A stretch of 64,000 bases of DNA from assembly GCA_965235115.1 (NCBI GenBank), contig OZ249445.1, positions 3,348,001 to 3,412,000 of the forward strand, written 5' to 3'. A program made the position numbers and the translations under genes. The notes under the pieces are model-generated. The model made no database searches and had not been told where the DNA came from. It saw only the letters and a program-made list of their open reading frames with translations. The DNA is from Laetmonice hystrix. Lineage: Eukaryota. The stretch's first letter is position 1, and every line of letters starts with the position of its first letter. Of this stretch, positions 37,201 through 50,300 are shown piece by piece.

Positions 37201-37874
37201 GTCACGAGAACCCAAAATAGTGAAATATGAAATAATGCGATGATTGAGGTGCGGGATCAGGCGGCATATAATACAGGCGAACCCCGCCATCAAATTAACA
37301 GCCACAATAGTCGTGTTGAATGGACCCGTGCCTAATGAGGCTGGAGCCGGCTGGGGTAGGCCTGATCGACCGCCGATAGTGGTAGCAGCAGTGGCAACAT
37401 AGCGCGCACGTGACAATGGTGGTAGTCGTACAAAAGGGCCGCGCCATCGGCGTAGGATCACGGCAGACCGGCCGGCTGGATCAATTATCCCGCTGGGGCC
37501 AGCTCACGGCCCTGATTTGACAGCACTCCTTTAAGGCCCCGGAGTACTTAATCACAAGTTGTTGTACACGCGCCAAATTGGAAGTGCAAGGTGAGTGAGG
37601 GGGCGCAGGGGGCCAAGGTCTGATTTGATTGGCTAACACCCATGTGCGCGCACGTTCGCTGACCCGCTGGCCTATGATGAAAAATGACGGATCTTGCTAA
37701 TCAGTAGTATAACCAGATCCCGCTAGGGGGACGGGGCGAGGGAGGCGAGGTGGCTGTTGGGGGATTATATGGAGGTATGTGGTAATATAATGGGCTATTC
37801 TTCTCACAATCAATCAGAGCTCCCGGCCAGGGAAGATGAGGTAATTAGCGTCAACGAGTCAGTCAGTCGGTCGT

Positions 37875-38428
37875 AGCTGTACAAGGGTTAGAGCACCTAA
37901 CACTGCAATATCTAACACCATCAGGCCATCTGTACCGCCAACAGCTGTACAAAGGACTGTCATGTCCCCATCAGGCCATCTCTACCGCCAACAGCTGTAC
38001 AAGGGTTAGAGCACACAGCACTGTCATGTCCCCGTCAGGCCATCTCTACCGCCAACACCTGTACAAGGGTTAGAATACACAGTACTGTCATGTCCCCGTC
38101 AGGCCATCTCTACCGCCAACACAAGGCTTAGAGCACCCAGAACTGTCATGTCCCCGTCAGGCCATCTCTACCGCCAACAGCTGTACAAGGGTTAGAACAC
38201 CCAGCACTGTCATGTCCCCGTCAGGCCATCTCTACCGCCAACAGCTGTACAAGGGTTAGAGCACACATCACTGTCATGTCCCCGTCAGGCCATCTCTACC
38301 GCCGACAGCTGTACAAGGCTTAGAGCACACAGCACTGTCATGTCCCCGCCAGGCCATCTCTACCACCAACAGCTGTACAAGGGTTAGAGCACACAGCACT
38401 GTCATTTCCCCGTCAGGCCCTCTACCAC
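37875..38428. repeat. Minisatellite, 64-bp unit, ~9 copies
   Basis: TGTCATGTCCCCGTCAGGCCATCTCTACCGCCAACAGCTGTACAAGGGTTAGAGCACACAGCAC in tandem, with diverged or deleted edge copies. Confidence 0.95.
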
Positions 38429-40608
38429 CCATATCACCCAGCTGAAAATTTAGGCGTCTTGTGAGAAAGTTCGCAAATCTTGATTGCCCTATGGAATTCT
38501 GTCGGAATCTTTGAAGCGGAGTCGTCGGGTTGCTAAGAATCGGCCAACTGAAATGACGTCACATTATGAAATGCAGTGGTGCCATCTATAGGACACACCA
38601 TTTCTCCCACGCACAGCGCCGTGCGTGAGTCTGGAGTTGAGGGGTTGAACACTGAAGTTTAGAAGATATATGATTTCACCAGGCGATTGTTCACCTTTGT
38701 GATGTCAATACTAGCTGGAAGTGTGGACAGAGACGGACTTGGTGGGGAGAGCGGGGATGAGGTGACAGATTACCTGACATCTGTAATGTGACAAGGTGGG
38801 AGGGGGTTGATCGGAGGGATTCAGCATCATGTCTGACTGATGAGGATCCTGGAGTCTGGCAGGGAGGGGTTGTAAAACCGCAAGAAACTGAAACTGAAGA
38901 CACGGGCCTGTCGTATTATAAAAAAAGAGATCACAAAATTCGCACCGTAGACACCCCCCCCCCCCCCCCCGTGAGGTTAACCGATGGTTTGCCGGGGCCT
39001 TGGTCAATTGGAGATTGACCGTCTTCCGGTTGGAAGGGAAGATCCCTGTTTAAAGCGGTTCTCCCGTGGCTGTGTGTGGGTTCGCTGTCACCGCCACCAT
39101 GCACTCTACGACTGGCTGCCAGCGTGCACGGTGAGATGTGGGTACAGGGGGCCATGTCAGGGGTCTGAGAGTGAGAGCGAATCAGTGCGCACGGTCAGTC
39201 AGCCGCGGCCCGTGCCCCCCGCCACCGCCCTCACGGCCACCGGCCACACCAGTTAATTCAGCATTGAGAATGGCAGCCATAATTGGGAATATAATGCCTG
39301 CCTTTCACCATGCATCATCTGACGGTCAGAGCGAACATGAGCCAGCCCAGCTGATGACCTTTGGGAAACAACCCTAGGGACCAGGGGTTAGGCGCACCGC
39401 AGGGCCCCCAATTATCACCCACCTCTGTGTAGAGCAAATATGATAGGATACACATGAATCTGTATTAGCCTACTCGGCGAGGAGCAGCCCAATCAAACGA
39501 TGAATAATATAAGTCAATAATGCCATGTCTAAACAATTCAATTTGGAGAGCGGGTAGAGGGGTACAGACAGGGGTAGGGTACAGACAGGGGGTATAAAGG
39601 GAGGCGAGGAGGGGCGTCAGAATGACAGCCGGATGACTTGATTTAGACCTGGCGTTCATTTGACGCCTTGGGGGTGAAATGTATGCCGGTTTGCGAGTAA
39701 ATAATTCCAGGCCTGGTGCTAAATAATGCCCTTTTTACCATTGTGGCTGGGCACATGTTAATCAATAGCCATTATAGAACTGGGTGGGCTGGTTGGCTTT
39801 GTTCCCTGCTGTCAGATACCAGCACCGTGAAATAGCCGTCTTTTCTTTCTGTGTATCACTGCAATATTTAAAATCCCATTCTGTGAGTACGGATCCACGG
39901 AGTGCAGGGTCGTACCCGGCGGCTAGCGTTTCAAGTGTGACGCCGCGTCTGACGTAGTACCGGCAACAATAGACGCTGAGGGTGGAGCCCACGTGGACGC
40001 CGACCAATTGTTATTCCAGGTGTTTTGGCACTCGTTGGGACATTCCACTACAGCGAACGTAGAGCGGTAGGAGCGAGCCATCGCCCACCATCAGCGCATG
40101 CACGCACCGTGCTGGTGGAAATAATGGATGATAGATACAGTGCGCCGAGTCCTAAGTCAGCTGGATGCCAAGTTTGTTCCGTTGTTTTCTGTTTGGTGTT
40201 CTTTCATCTGGGTGTTTGGCGTAGAGCCGTGTCATCGATACGGACAGCCTAAGGTGCACGGGGACCCCCCCACCCCCCACCCCAACCCCCCGGACGGTCG
40301 GATCAAGATACACCCTCTTCATGGAACCAGCAGTGTCACCGCGGTGCACACAAGTTTCACTGTTACAAATCAAGATAAAAAATAAACAATTCACTTGAAA
40401 TCTAACTTTAAAATAAGCACAGCGAACTTCACATCCCGAGTTCTGATCTCGGACGGGAATAGATAATAGGACATGACTGTCCCCTATTACCTCCTAAAGA
40501 CATGCTCTTGAAGTCAATGTGAGTGCAAGCACCAAGTCCTACCACTGCTGGTACCCGCCACTTTACGGAAGTACTACAATAGAGAACGATGTTTTTTGTA
40601 TCTATCCC

Positions 40609-41611
40609 TGAGAGGCACGCCCACAGTAAGTGTGGACCGAGAGACACGCCCGCAGTTGACCGAGAGACACGCCCACAGTAAGTGTGGCCTCAGAGACACG
40701 CCCACAGTAAGTGTGGACCGAGAGACACGCCCACAGTAAGTGTGGACCGAGAGACACGCCCACAGTAAGCGTGGACCGAGAGACACGCCCACAGTAAGCG
40801 TGGACCGAGAGACACGCCCACAGTAAGCGTGGACCGAGAGACATGGACCGAGAGACACGCCCACAGTAAGTGTGGACCGAAAGACACGCCCACAGTAAGC
40901 GTGGACCGAGAGACACGCCCACAGTAAGCGTGGACCGAGAGACACGCCCACAGTAAGCGTGGACCGAGAGACACGCCCACAGTAAGTGTGGACCGAGAGA
41001 CACGCCCACAGTAAGTTTGGACCGAGAGACACGCCCACAGTAAGTTTGGACTGAGAGACACGCCCACAGTAAGCGTGGACCGAGAGACACGCCCACAGTA
41101 AGCGTGGACCGAAAGACACGCCCACAGTAAGTTTGGACCGAGAGACACGCCCACAGTAAGTTTGGACTGAGAGACACGCCCACAGTAAGTTTGGACCGAG
41201 AGACACGCCCACAGTAAGTTTGGACCGAGAGACACGCCCACAGTAAGTTTGGACCGAGAGACACGCCCACAGTAAGCGTGGACCTAGAGACACGCCCACA
41301 GTAAGTGTGGACCGAGAGACACGCCCACAGTAAGTGTGGACCGAGAGACACGCCCACAGTAAGCGTGGACCGAGAGACACGCCCACAGTAAGTTTGGCCT
41401 GAGAGACACGCCCACAGTAAGTGTGGCCTCAGAGACACGCCCACAGTAAGCGTGGACCGAGAGACACGCCCACAGTAAGCGTGGACCGAGAGACACACCC
41501 ACAGTAAGCGTGGACCGAGAGACACGCCCACAGTAAGTTTGGACCGAGAGACACGCCCACAGTAAGTGTGGACCGAGAGACACGCCCACAGTAAGTTTGG
41601 ACTGAGAGACA
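40609..41611. repeat. Minisatellite, 29-bp unit, ~34 copies
   Basis: GAGAGACACGCCCACAGTAAG(T/C)(G/T)TGGACC in tandem. It is the source of the 183-357 aa minus-strand ORFs. Confidence 0.97.
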
Positions 41612-42917
41612 TGGCGTTGTTTATGAGAACAATGACCTTACAGAAGGAGTTCTTCCTGAGCAGGAACTCCTCCAATTCTCCGCCTGCGCGTGGTTTGTTG
41701 TGGGTCAGCAGTATTTGGGTTAGCTATTTGAAGACCAAGTCCAATGTCTACTATCTGACCGTTAATCTAGGCAAGCATTCTGCGGGGCAAGCTGTCCAGT
41801 TGGTGAAGTGGGTGCGGTTGTCTTTATACATACATCCTACCTTAAACCCAGCAGGTCTCCAACCCACAACCCAGACTTGGCAACCCTGCCTGAGGTAAAC
41901 AACTAACCAGCATATTCTTCACCATCAAAACTTGGCGCTAACTCCAAGATAAATGGGAAGAAGTCAGAAATGTACATGTTGCCCCACACACAAAGCGATT
42001 ATCAAAGAGCGTGAATGGCGCAGGGCGGCCCAGTTGGGGTGTGTGGGCCGCCCTCAGGGTAGCCAGCCTGGGGCCAGCTTACTAGATTCAAAACATATGT
42101 TATAATTTATCAACCGCAATCTATTTTAGTCATTTCATTACTGTGCATTGTGAGCCCCCTGTGTGAAGCGTGGGTCAGAGTCAAGGATGTTAGGGTAATT
42201 AACAATCGCCAGTTGTTCTAACGACCCCTAGGGCTCGTCCTGATTGGTCAAGAGGAGGGCTGGGTCTATGAGGGATCGCATCTGGTGTAGGGCCTGACTG
42301 GACATCGGAATCTGATGACCTGATGGCCAACACGAAACTGGCCCAACTGGAGGCCGATAATGGGCTTAGCACTCGGAGTAGGCTGGGCCGCTCGGCTCTC
42401 TAGATCAGTGCTACCTCGACCAACGGCTTCACTGGAACATTGCCATGAATACAAGGTCGTCTCAGTTATAATGTAATGTTATTACTTCCTCCCTTTATCT
42501 CTCAAAACAAAGGGTATCTTTCAACACTCCAAAACGTCAACAATCTACTGGGGTAAATTCTTATCACTGCTAAAAGCTGTTAGATTTATAAATTGCTGTG
42601 AGTTGGACTAAGTGGTTCCATGGCGAACCTTTTTTTTCAGTTTAACTGTTTAAGACAGTGAGAAGTTGCTATGGATTATGGTTTTGATTGAAATTGACTC
42701 CGAGGTAACTGTGGTTTGATGACCTTGGCAAGTACAGTCAGTGGGTTGTCGGTTAATCATGACCAGATTGTAGGGTGGTTAAGGGTTCGGGGTGGGGTAG
42801 GGGTTCACTGGGTGTCCGCTGGACGGAGATGGTCGGGAGTGGAGAAGAGAGGGAGATATTGTTGTATTTTGCCACTGGGGGCTCCACTGTACTGGTAGTG
42901 GCTGCGAGAGAACACAG

Positions 42918-42954
42918 ATGCTGGGCCCACTGCTGCTGCTGCTGCTGGTGCTGG
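42918..42954 (+). CDS. Candidate signal-peptide first exon MLGPLLLLLLVL(G)
   Basis: ATG, a poly-Leu core from CTG repeats, then a phase-1 donor CTGG|GTGAGG. No downstream exon identified. Confidence 0.3.
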
Positions 42955-44891
42955 GTGAGGCGAGCCCTTGGACAACGAGTAGTGCATCCACCACACACCC
43001 ACTGGTTCACCCACCCACCCACTCACTCACTCAGTGACGCAGGCACCCACCCACTGACAGAGGGTCTGACGGTGTGTGTATGTGTGTGTGGATGGCGGAG
43101 TGGTGAGGGAGCCATGGACTTGTAGCTTCATCTTGGGAGGTAGTACATATTGTTTGGAAGCATCACAAGGACGGCAGCCAGCTCGAGTACCCGTACCTCC
43201 TCCAACTCTGTGCCGATCTCTCCTCCAGACCGATACACCTAAACACGACACCTGGCTACAAACACAGGACATGAGGCAATCGTAACTTCAAACTTTACCA
43301 CCCTAGGAGGACACCTATCTCTCTATGTGCTGGGTCTCACTGACAACTACGGCAACTATTTAACTTATTTATTTTAACTTATTTATTTATTTTGGTACAC
43401 CTGTCAACCTGAGGACGCCAGTCGACAGTTTATCCTGGCCCGCGGAGGATTAGATCAAGCACAAGCGAGGTGAGTGTTGGATGTGGTTTTTATCACCGTT
43501 ATGCAACATTTCCTGCCATGTTCCAACTCAGCAGGGGTTCATCATTTACTTTGAGGTTTCATCCGTGAGCCAATCCCACCAGTGATTGGTAGGTGGGAGG
43601 GTTGGTTTTTTCACCGTGTGACTTTTTTCCCCCGGCTGGAGCCAGTTTGTGGGGTATGAATGGAAAGTTTGGATCCTCGCCAGGTAACAGTGCACGGATT
43701 GTGTGGCAGCGCAAACAGGACGCAGCTTACAAAGCCTTTAGTTTTATTAAACTGATTCCCACCAAGTTTTGTCCGTGGCAAAAAGTCAGCCGAGATGACG
43801 CTTGATGTCGGTAATACGATTGTCTCAGATGTGGTGCCAAGACAATCAGGGTGTGGAGTTGGCCTCAAAGACGGCGTCAGTTGACAGCGCCGACTAGCGC
43901 GGCACACCGACCGCCACTCCACTGTCGTAATGAGATCCCTCCAGTTGTCATCGACAACGGGTGGCACGGAGATGATTCACTCACACACAATCCTACAAAT
44001 ACTCCAATCATGTCTTCTCCCTCCATCAACGCTCCGCAACGACTACCTCCTCCCCAGGCCGGTAGGCGGCGCTGCTGTGAGGGATACAGCCGGAGAACAC
44101 AAAAACCCAGTTCTATTAACAAAAAGATGACAATGTTTCGACACAGCTGGATCCAATTAAGAAGTCTGTTGTTTGCGTCATGGCGACCAATATATGAGTC
44201 AAACAGACAAGTCGGTGGGGCCACGACGTCACGGAGTTGTCATCCTCGCGTACAGACTTTACTCTTGGCATGCATACTATGCTGCCAAATTAAAAACTCA
44301 TATCATCATTCAATGGCAACTTTTTCTAACAGTTTCAGTTATACCACATTGATGGCATAGCTGACTTTAAGATGACAGCTGCAGAAGAAATTCATTTGCC
44401 TTTCAAAAGAAAGTGAAGGAGACGAGACACATTCTTGATCTATTTTATTCCCCCCTCACCATGTATCCGAGTCCCCATTCTTATCTGTTTCTTTTATATA
44501 GGAGTATATGATCACTGTTGTGTCATTCTGATTTACAGAGCAGTTTTATAAAATGTTACTTGGTAACTCGCATGTTTTCATATTCGTCACCCAGCCATGC
44601 ACACCCATACACATCAATATACACGTCCATATATTACTTCAATATCATGAATCGCAGCTATCAAAGAACGTTTGATAAGCGTTACAAGAACATATGAATA
44701 TATACCGTTTATATAACGTTTAGTTTTGGCCGGGATGAGTCTGGGAACATGAGGGGAGGAAGCAGGTCTGCCCTGAGGATGTGGCCGAGGATGCTGGAGT
44801 GGAGAAGTTTGGTGGAGGACGACCGACCATTGTTATGGTGGCCACCTCACGGCGCCGGAAGTTGTGGTAGCACACATCTGCCTTGTCTTAC

Positions 44892-45071
44892 TCATTGTCA
44901 ACGTCAACTATGTCAACTATTGTTTGAAGAAATTCGCTTTTCCTGTCGCCAGCCATGGTAACGTTCAGCTGGCTTTGATAGAGCACGTCTAGGAGCCAAG
45001 TCTCCTCCAGGGAGAAGGAGTTGTTCCTCCGGGCCAAGTCTCCCACGGCTCCTGCTCGCCTCTTTGACGTA
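44892..45071 (-). CDS. Candidate symmetric 180-nt phase-2 exon TSKRRAGAVGDLARRNNSFSLEETWLLDVLYQSQLNVTMAGDRKSEFLQTIVDIVDVDN
   Basis: 59 open codons between in-frame stops, acceptor CCTTTGAAG and donor GA|GTAAGA. Not recognised with confidence. Confidence 0.2.
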
Positions 45072-47046
45072 CTTCAAAGGTATCCAAACAATCTCTTAAT
45101 TCTCACAGGAAGTGGGAGACTAAAAAAAAACAGTTGAGTCGTTCACTTGTGTGTGTGTTACTTCACAGTTTACACTTAAGTAGTTGTAATTGCACTAGAG
45201 ACACAATGGCTGAGTAAACAATAGGAAAGGGGCGGGCTAATTGGCCCGTGAGTGACTGTATAGTATTGTTTGCTTCTAAGTGTATTCGCTGTAAGGGATT
45301 GAGGGTAATACGAGAAGCTAAGATTGTTAGCGCCAGGCACAACCCTAACTCATGAATACACTCTATCTTATGTACTAATGATAAAAAACACAGTCTCAGC
45401 TAGGCCGAATGGAGCGTATATCCTGGTAATAGAGGAAGGGGGAGGGGGGGGGGGGGTGTCTGGGAACAATAAGATGGTATGTGGACGGGTTCTAGGTAAA
45501 CTCTGTACTTCCTGACACCCCGGTCAGGAGGGGAGAGGGTACGGCTGGTGGTAGTTAATCCCTGGTGGAGAGACCGATAACTCCCGGCAGTTACAGCGCT
45601 GAAACAAAGGTCTGCCCAGGAACCCGACACCAGTGTTCCCTACTGTCACTCTTAGCGTCAGGCCGTGTGGAGCGAGCCCCGGCGCTCCGAGCATGTCGCC
45701 CGGTAAACAACGGCTTCCTGGAACAAGTCGGAACTATTGTCTGGGCGACACGGGGTGTTCAGTTACCATGGCACCAACGCCTTGTGGCCATGTGTTGTGG
45801 GGGTGGGGTGGGGTGGGGTACTTCCTGGCGCCTGAGGATTAATTATAAACAGGCCAACCACCCAGCCCTCTATACCCCCTCCTCCAGCTCACCCTCTGTC
45901 TCCAGTGGGCCTGGAGTTAACCCTGGAGGTACCGTTCCCACATGTTCTCCTCCTGAGGGTAGGGTGGAGGCTGCCTGGTGGCTGGGCAATGACTGTGTGC
46001 ACACGCATGCATGCTGACCGACGTACGTAGTCCTCCCCACCCAGGTGGTCTGTCTCGGCGGCTGGCCTGGAGAGCTAGAACAAAGTTTTCTGGGTGTTTC
46101 CTGGTAGTACACCGACTCCCACTGCTCAAGTCATCGGCCGCTGTAATCCATTGTATGATCAGCTATAAATATACGGATAATATCCATGTAAATTACAGGT
46201 GGCAGACTGTGTGAATTAACATTTAAATATGATTCTATGACAGAAATAAGGAAGAAAACCCAATGATCTTCTTTCTACTCGGAATAATTACACTAGAGCG
46301 TATCCATGAAAACAAATTCTATTAGGAGGGGATTAAGTGATGTCAGTGGTTTTTTTTACCTAATTACGGTGACAGCCTTAAGACAAATGAACGTGCCTCG
46401 CTTGTTTTACAAGGAGAAGCAGTACTCAATTGTTGTTGTAGAAATGGAGCCTCTTTTTCAATATTCACGCGTTTCTTTTTAAAGAAGATGAATTACATCA
46501 AACTGTCGTCAAACAAAAGGACGAAGATAACGATAAATATTGTCGGGCTCGGCGATGCTATATTATGAGTACTGTGATTAGATTTTGCCGGATGTGGCAA
46601 AGCCGCCGTTCGTCGTAATGAGCCCTTCTTTATCGACACTTCCCACACTCCATTGTGATTCTGGGAAAGAACCAGGCATTGAATATCAACCCGAAAAGAT
46701 ATAATTATTTAAATGTCCTTTTTTTCATCGTTTGTGGAATGATCCTATTGTTGTTGAGACAGTGATGGAATGCGCGGGGATGGGATTGTCTGGTTGTCGC
46801 ATTATCACCCTATCTGTGGGATTATTGTGGCCGTCCAGGGGGATCTGAGCCGGAGAGGGCTGCATTGTTACCCTAACCCCCCGCTCACTGACAGACCGGC
46901 CAAAATTACATTTGTCAGTGTCATTGTTTATTGTCTTCTTTAACTGTGGACCCCCTGGGGAAACCATGCCGTCACAATCGAGTCTCAGAGGTCGTGGATA
47001 ATCTGAAATAACGTCACATCGAGCAGACGACACGGCCGTCCACAGA

Positions 47047-47334
47047 GGGTCTATAGGGTATGGGTATGATTGGACAGTGGGTCTATAGGGTATGTGTGGG
47101 CAGAATGATTGGACAGTGGGTCTAGGGTATGGGTGGGCAGAATGATTGGACAGTGGGTCTAGGGTATGTGTGGGCAGAATGATTGGACAGTGGGTCTAGG
47201 GTATGTGTGGGCAGAATGATTGGACAGTGGGTCTAGGGTATGTGTGGGCAGAATGATTGGACAGTGGGTCTAGGGTATGTGTGGGCAGAATGATTGGACA
47301 GTGGGTCTAGGGTATGTGTGGGCAGAATGATTGG
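47047..47334. repeat. Minisatellite, 37-bp unit, ~7.5 copies
   Basis: ATGATTGGACAGTGGGTCTAGGGTATGTGTGGGCAGA in tandem. Confidence 0.95.
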
Positions 47335-50300
47335 TTGAGCTGGAGTATCTTACCTCCACACGACCACGACTCACCACTCAGTGTTAATGACCGTGTTTGA
47401 AGGCGACAATAGGAAGGTGAAGGGATGAATTAGATGAGTTTATTTGATTTGGCAGGACGGCTGTAAGGTTGACTCAGTGGCAGGACGGGGAGGGGGTGTT
47501 TTCTAGGTTGATCAGGACGGGTTTCACGTGGTACTGTAAGGTGACACGTGGTCGTAGTTTGGGCAGGATTCCAGTAAAACCTGCAGGTATGTCTGCTGAT
47601 ATACGGGAGAAGATGACTATAGATGGCGCTGCGACACGGGCCGAGCGGCGGCCCATGTGATATTGATCGATGTGTGGGTTTATACTGATATATATGGCCT
47701 ACAGTCAGGCAGGGTCGTCAGATCACGACAAAGAGCAGTTGTTTTACGATGTTTGCTGAGCCCAGGTCAAAGGTCATATGGAGGGGCTATACATGCATGA
47801 AGAGTTGTCTGTGGAGAGGCCCGGATGATGGCTCGTTGAATTATTGATACATTGTTTGAATAAGAATGTGGTAGGATTGAATTATCCCCTGTCTCTTGTC
47901 TCCAACATCCGTGCCCGACTAATCATTTATTGAACGCCGGCAGCGCGTCCCATGTCCAATGACAGCGCCATACTCGGCACGGTTCATGACATATTCTTCA
48001 GACGCCCTGCCCCGTATTATTCTTTAATGAAATTGTTTTAGGGAAATCAGATCTTTGGCTGATAACAGGGCATCAGAATGTTGGGGCGACCATCCCAGGG
48101 GAAGTGCCTGCAGTCCTGTTGGGTCAGTCAACAAAGAAAGTGATCCGTGACACAGAGACACTGCTATCTGTGGCGGTAACTGACGGTTAACACCCCACAA
48201 ACACCGGCAGGGGAATCGGTCAGAACCCCCAGCCCCCCTCGACCCCTCCCCTCAGTCAGGTGGGCTCCTATCCACAGATAGACACTGATAATAGGTATCA
48301 AGTTTTTATACCTACTCCTCCACTTGACAAGTGCCCTGAGATGTGCATGTCAGCTGGCTTATTGCATCAGACGCCCTTCACATCCGATTATTTTTCTGCT
48401 TTTCGAAGCGTTTCTAGGGACTAACGTATCTAAATGTAATCGGTGCCAGGGTCTGGGAGTCTCGGTGGCAATGAGCATTGTTATCCTGACAGATCTTCGA
48501 CAGTTAGATCAACCAATCGGAATGTAAGGCTGGGACGCTCACATTGTTCCCAGAGTGAGGCTCTAGTGTTGATTTAACAGTTTATAATAACAAACCGAAT
48601 TCCTGGGTTTCCTTGCTCGAGCCGGGCACCAAGGGAGCTGACCACTGCGGTACTTTGTTATATATAGAGCTGAGATAAATGAGTATTTGCTACGACTGTG
48701 GAAGATAATGTCCCTTTGAGAGAGAAACTGGGCGGTGGCCTGCTGCCAGCACCTATAGACAGTCAGCGTGGAGGCAGACTGAGATCACACAGAATAGGAG
48801 TATGGAAGATCAAATGGAGAGGTCATATGGTAAAGTACAAACGGTTCAGACCAAAAACACTGCAGATAAGAAAGACAAGCGTCAGTTGCCGCTGGACACA
48901 AATCAATGGCAGCGGAGGCGATATTGTTTGGAGAGAAGAGGCAGATATTTCAACTTAAGAAACAGAGACTTCTAGGAAAGGTGAAGAGGTCACAAGGCAC
49001 GCGTGTGGAGGGGAGGGGTGGGGCGGAGGTAGGGGGTTGTTATAGTTGGAGGCTACACAGTTGTTAGTGCTAGGGTTGTTGACAAAGCTTTAGGTTGTGG
49101 AAGTGGTCAGCTTGGGTTGGTGGTACATCTGAGCTGCCGAACAGATGCTCGAGTCGGGATGATGAGCCGAGCGCGCAAACAGATGCTGGAGGCGGGGGGC
49201 TGAAGAATGACAAGACAGCTGTTCCTTTCTCCAGGGTGAATGGGCGCCCAGGAGGAGCGACTTAATAAGGTTGTTTGGAGCGATAATAGAGTGGATAGGG
49301 TCCATATTGGCTTCAGCCGGTCATCAGCGGCGATCAGCCAGTGATGGCTTCAGGTCGTTCAACCGTGGATGGTGACACCCCAAGTCGGAATGTCAGCTGT
49401 GCCTATTACTCCACTGTAAACTGTGCATTGAAAGGCTGACTGTCCTATGTTAGGCTATCTCTTCATGACACTGGTTCAGTTACATTCGGGATTGATCGTG
49501 TCATAGGTGACGGAAAGGAGCATTTCGGGTTCTTGGTTAGTGGCCAGAGGCACTAATGGCTGAAGGGAGCGAGCGTTCCAAGGTAGCAAAGATCGTTTGA
49601 TATAAGTTTTAGGAACCTTATGATAATGAATAAAACGTTTGGTAAGGTTTTATGTGAGTCGAGGGGAGCGGGTTTGATTTGAGCGATGGTTGAGTTGGTG
49701 CGAAGATCAGTTGACGTAAGGTGTTCAAGGTACATGAGCTGGTAGGATTCAGTCGTGTAGGGTGATAGGAGGGGGTGATAATGAGGAGTTGTGGGCCAGG
49801 GTAACGAGATAACGGGCCCCTCACCCCACCTCGTGGATCACCCCTCCTCCAGGCTGACGCTGCTCCCGCTCCTCCAGTCAAAAATACTCCTCATGTCGTC
49901 AGAGGGTGAAAAATAATAACCGATCAAAGCCTTGATAGTCTTAGAACCCCTGGTCATCAGATGGGGAAGTTTCAAAAAATTCTGTCAGATTAAAGTTTTT
50001 CATCAGGGAATCCCAGCAGGGAGTATCTTTTAGACACTGTCAGTGTAGAAGACACATGGGAAAGTTGGCCTTGGAGTTGGGACGCCTGGGACGCCTGGGG
50101 GACGCCCGGGGTGAGGTAGGGAGAGCTGGGGTACAGGCAGTAGTCCTAACGACTCAGTCTGTTTGGCAAATACCTCCCAAAGTTACGTCTGTAATTCTTG
50201 CTCACATAAATAATAGCACTGTTGACGGAAGAGAAATAACATGTAAAGGGTTGAGAATAATTGGTGGAGAAAACTGGCTTGTTATTTTCGGTTTTGTGAT

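Noticed and set aside
40574-41675. Longest ORFs in the track (270 and 357 aa)
   Set aside because: The 29-bp unit is not a multiple of 3. The protein simply cycles through all three frames with a 29-aa period.
43851-44360. 169-aa non-repeat ORF containing RRCCEGY
   Set aside because: No domain context or coding-like composition, and this length is plausible by chance in 64 kb.
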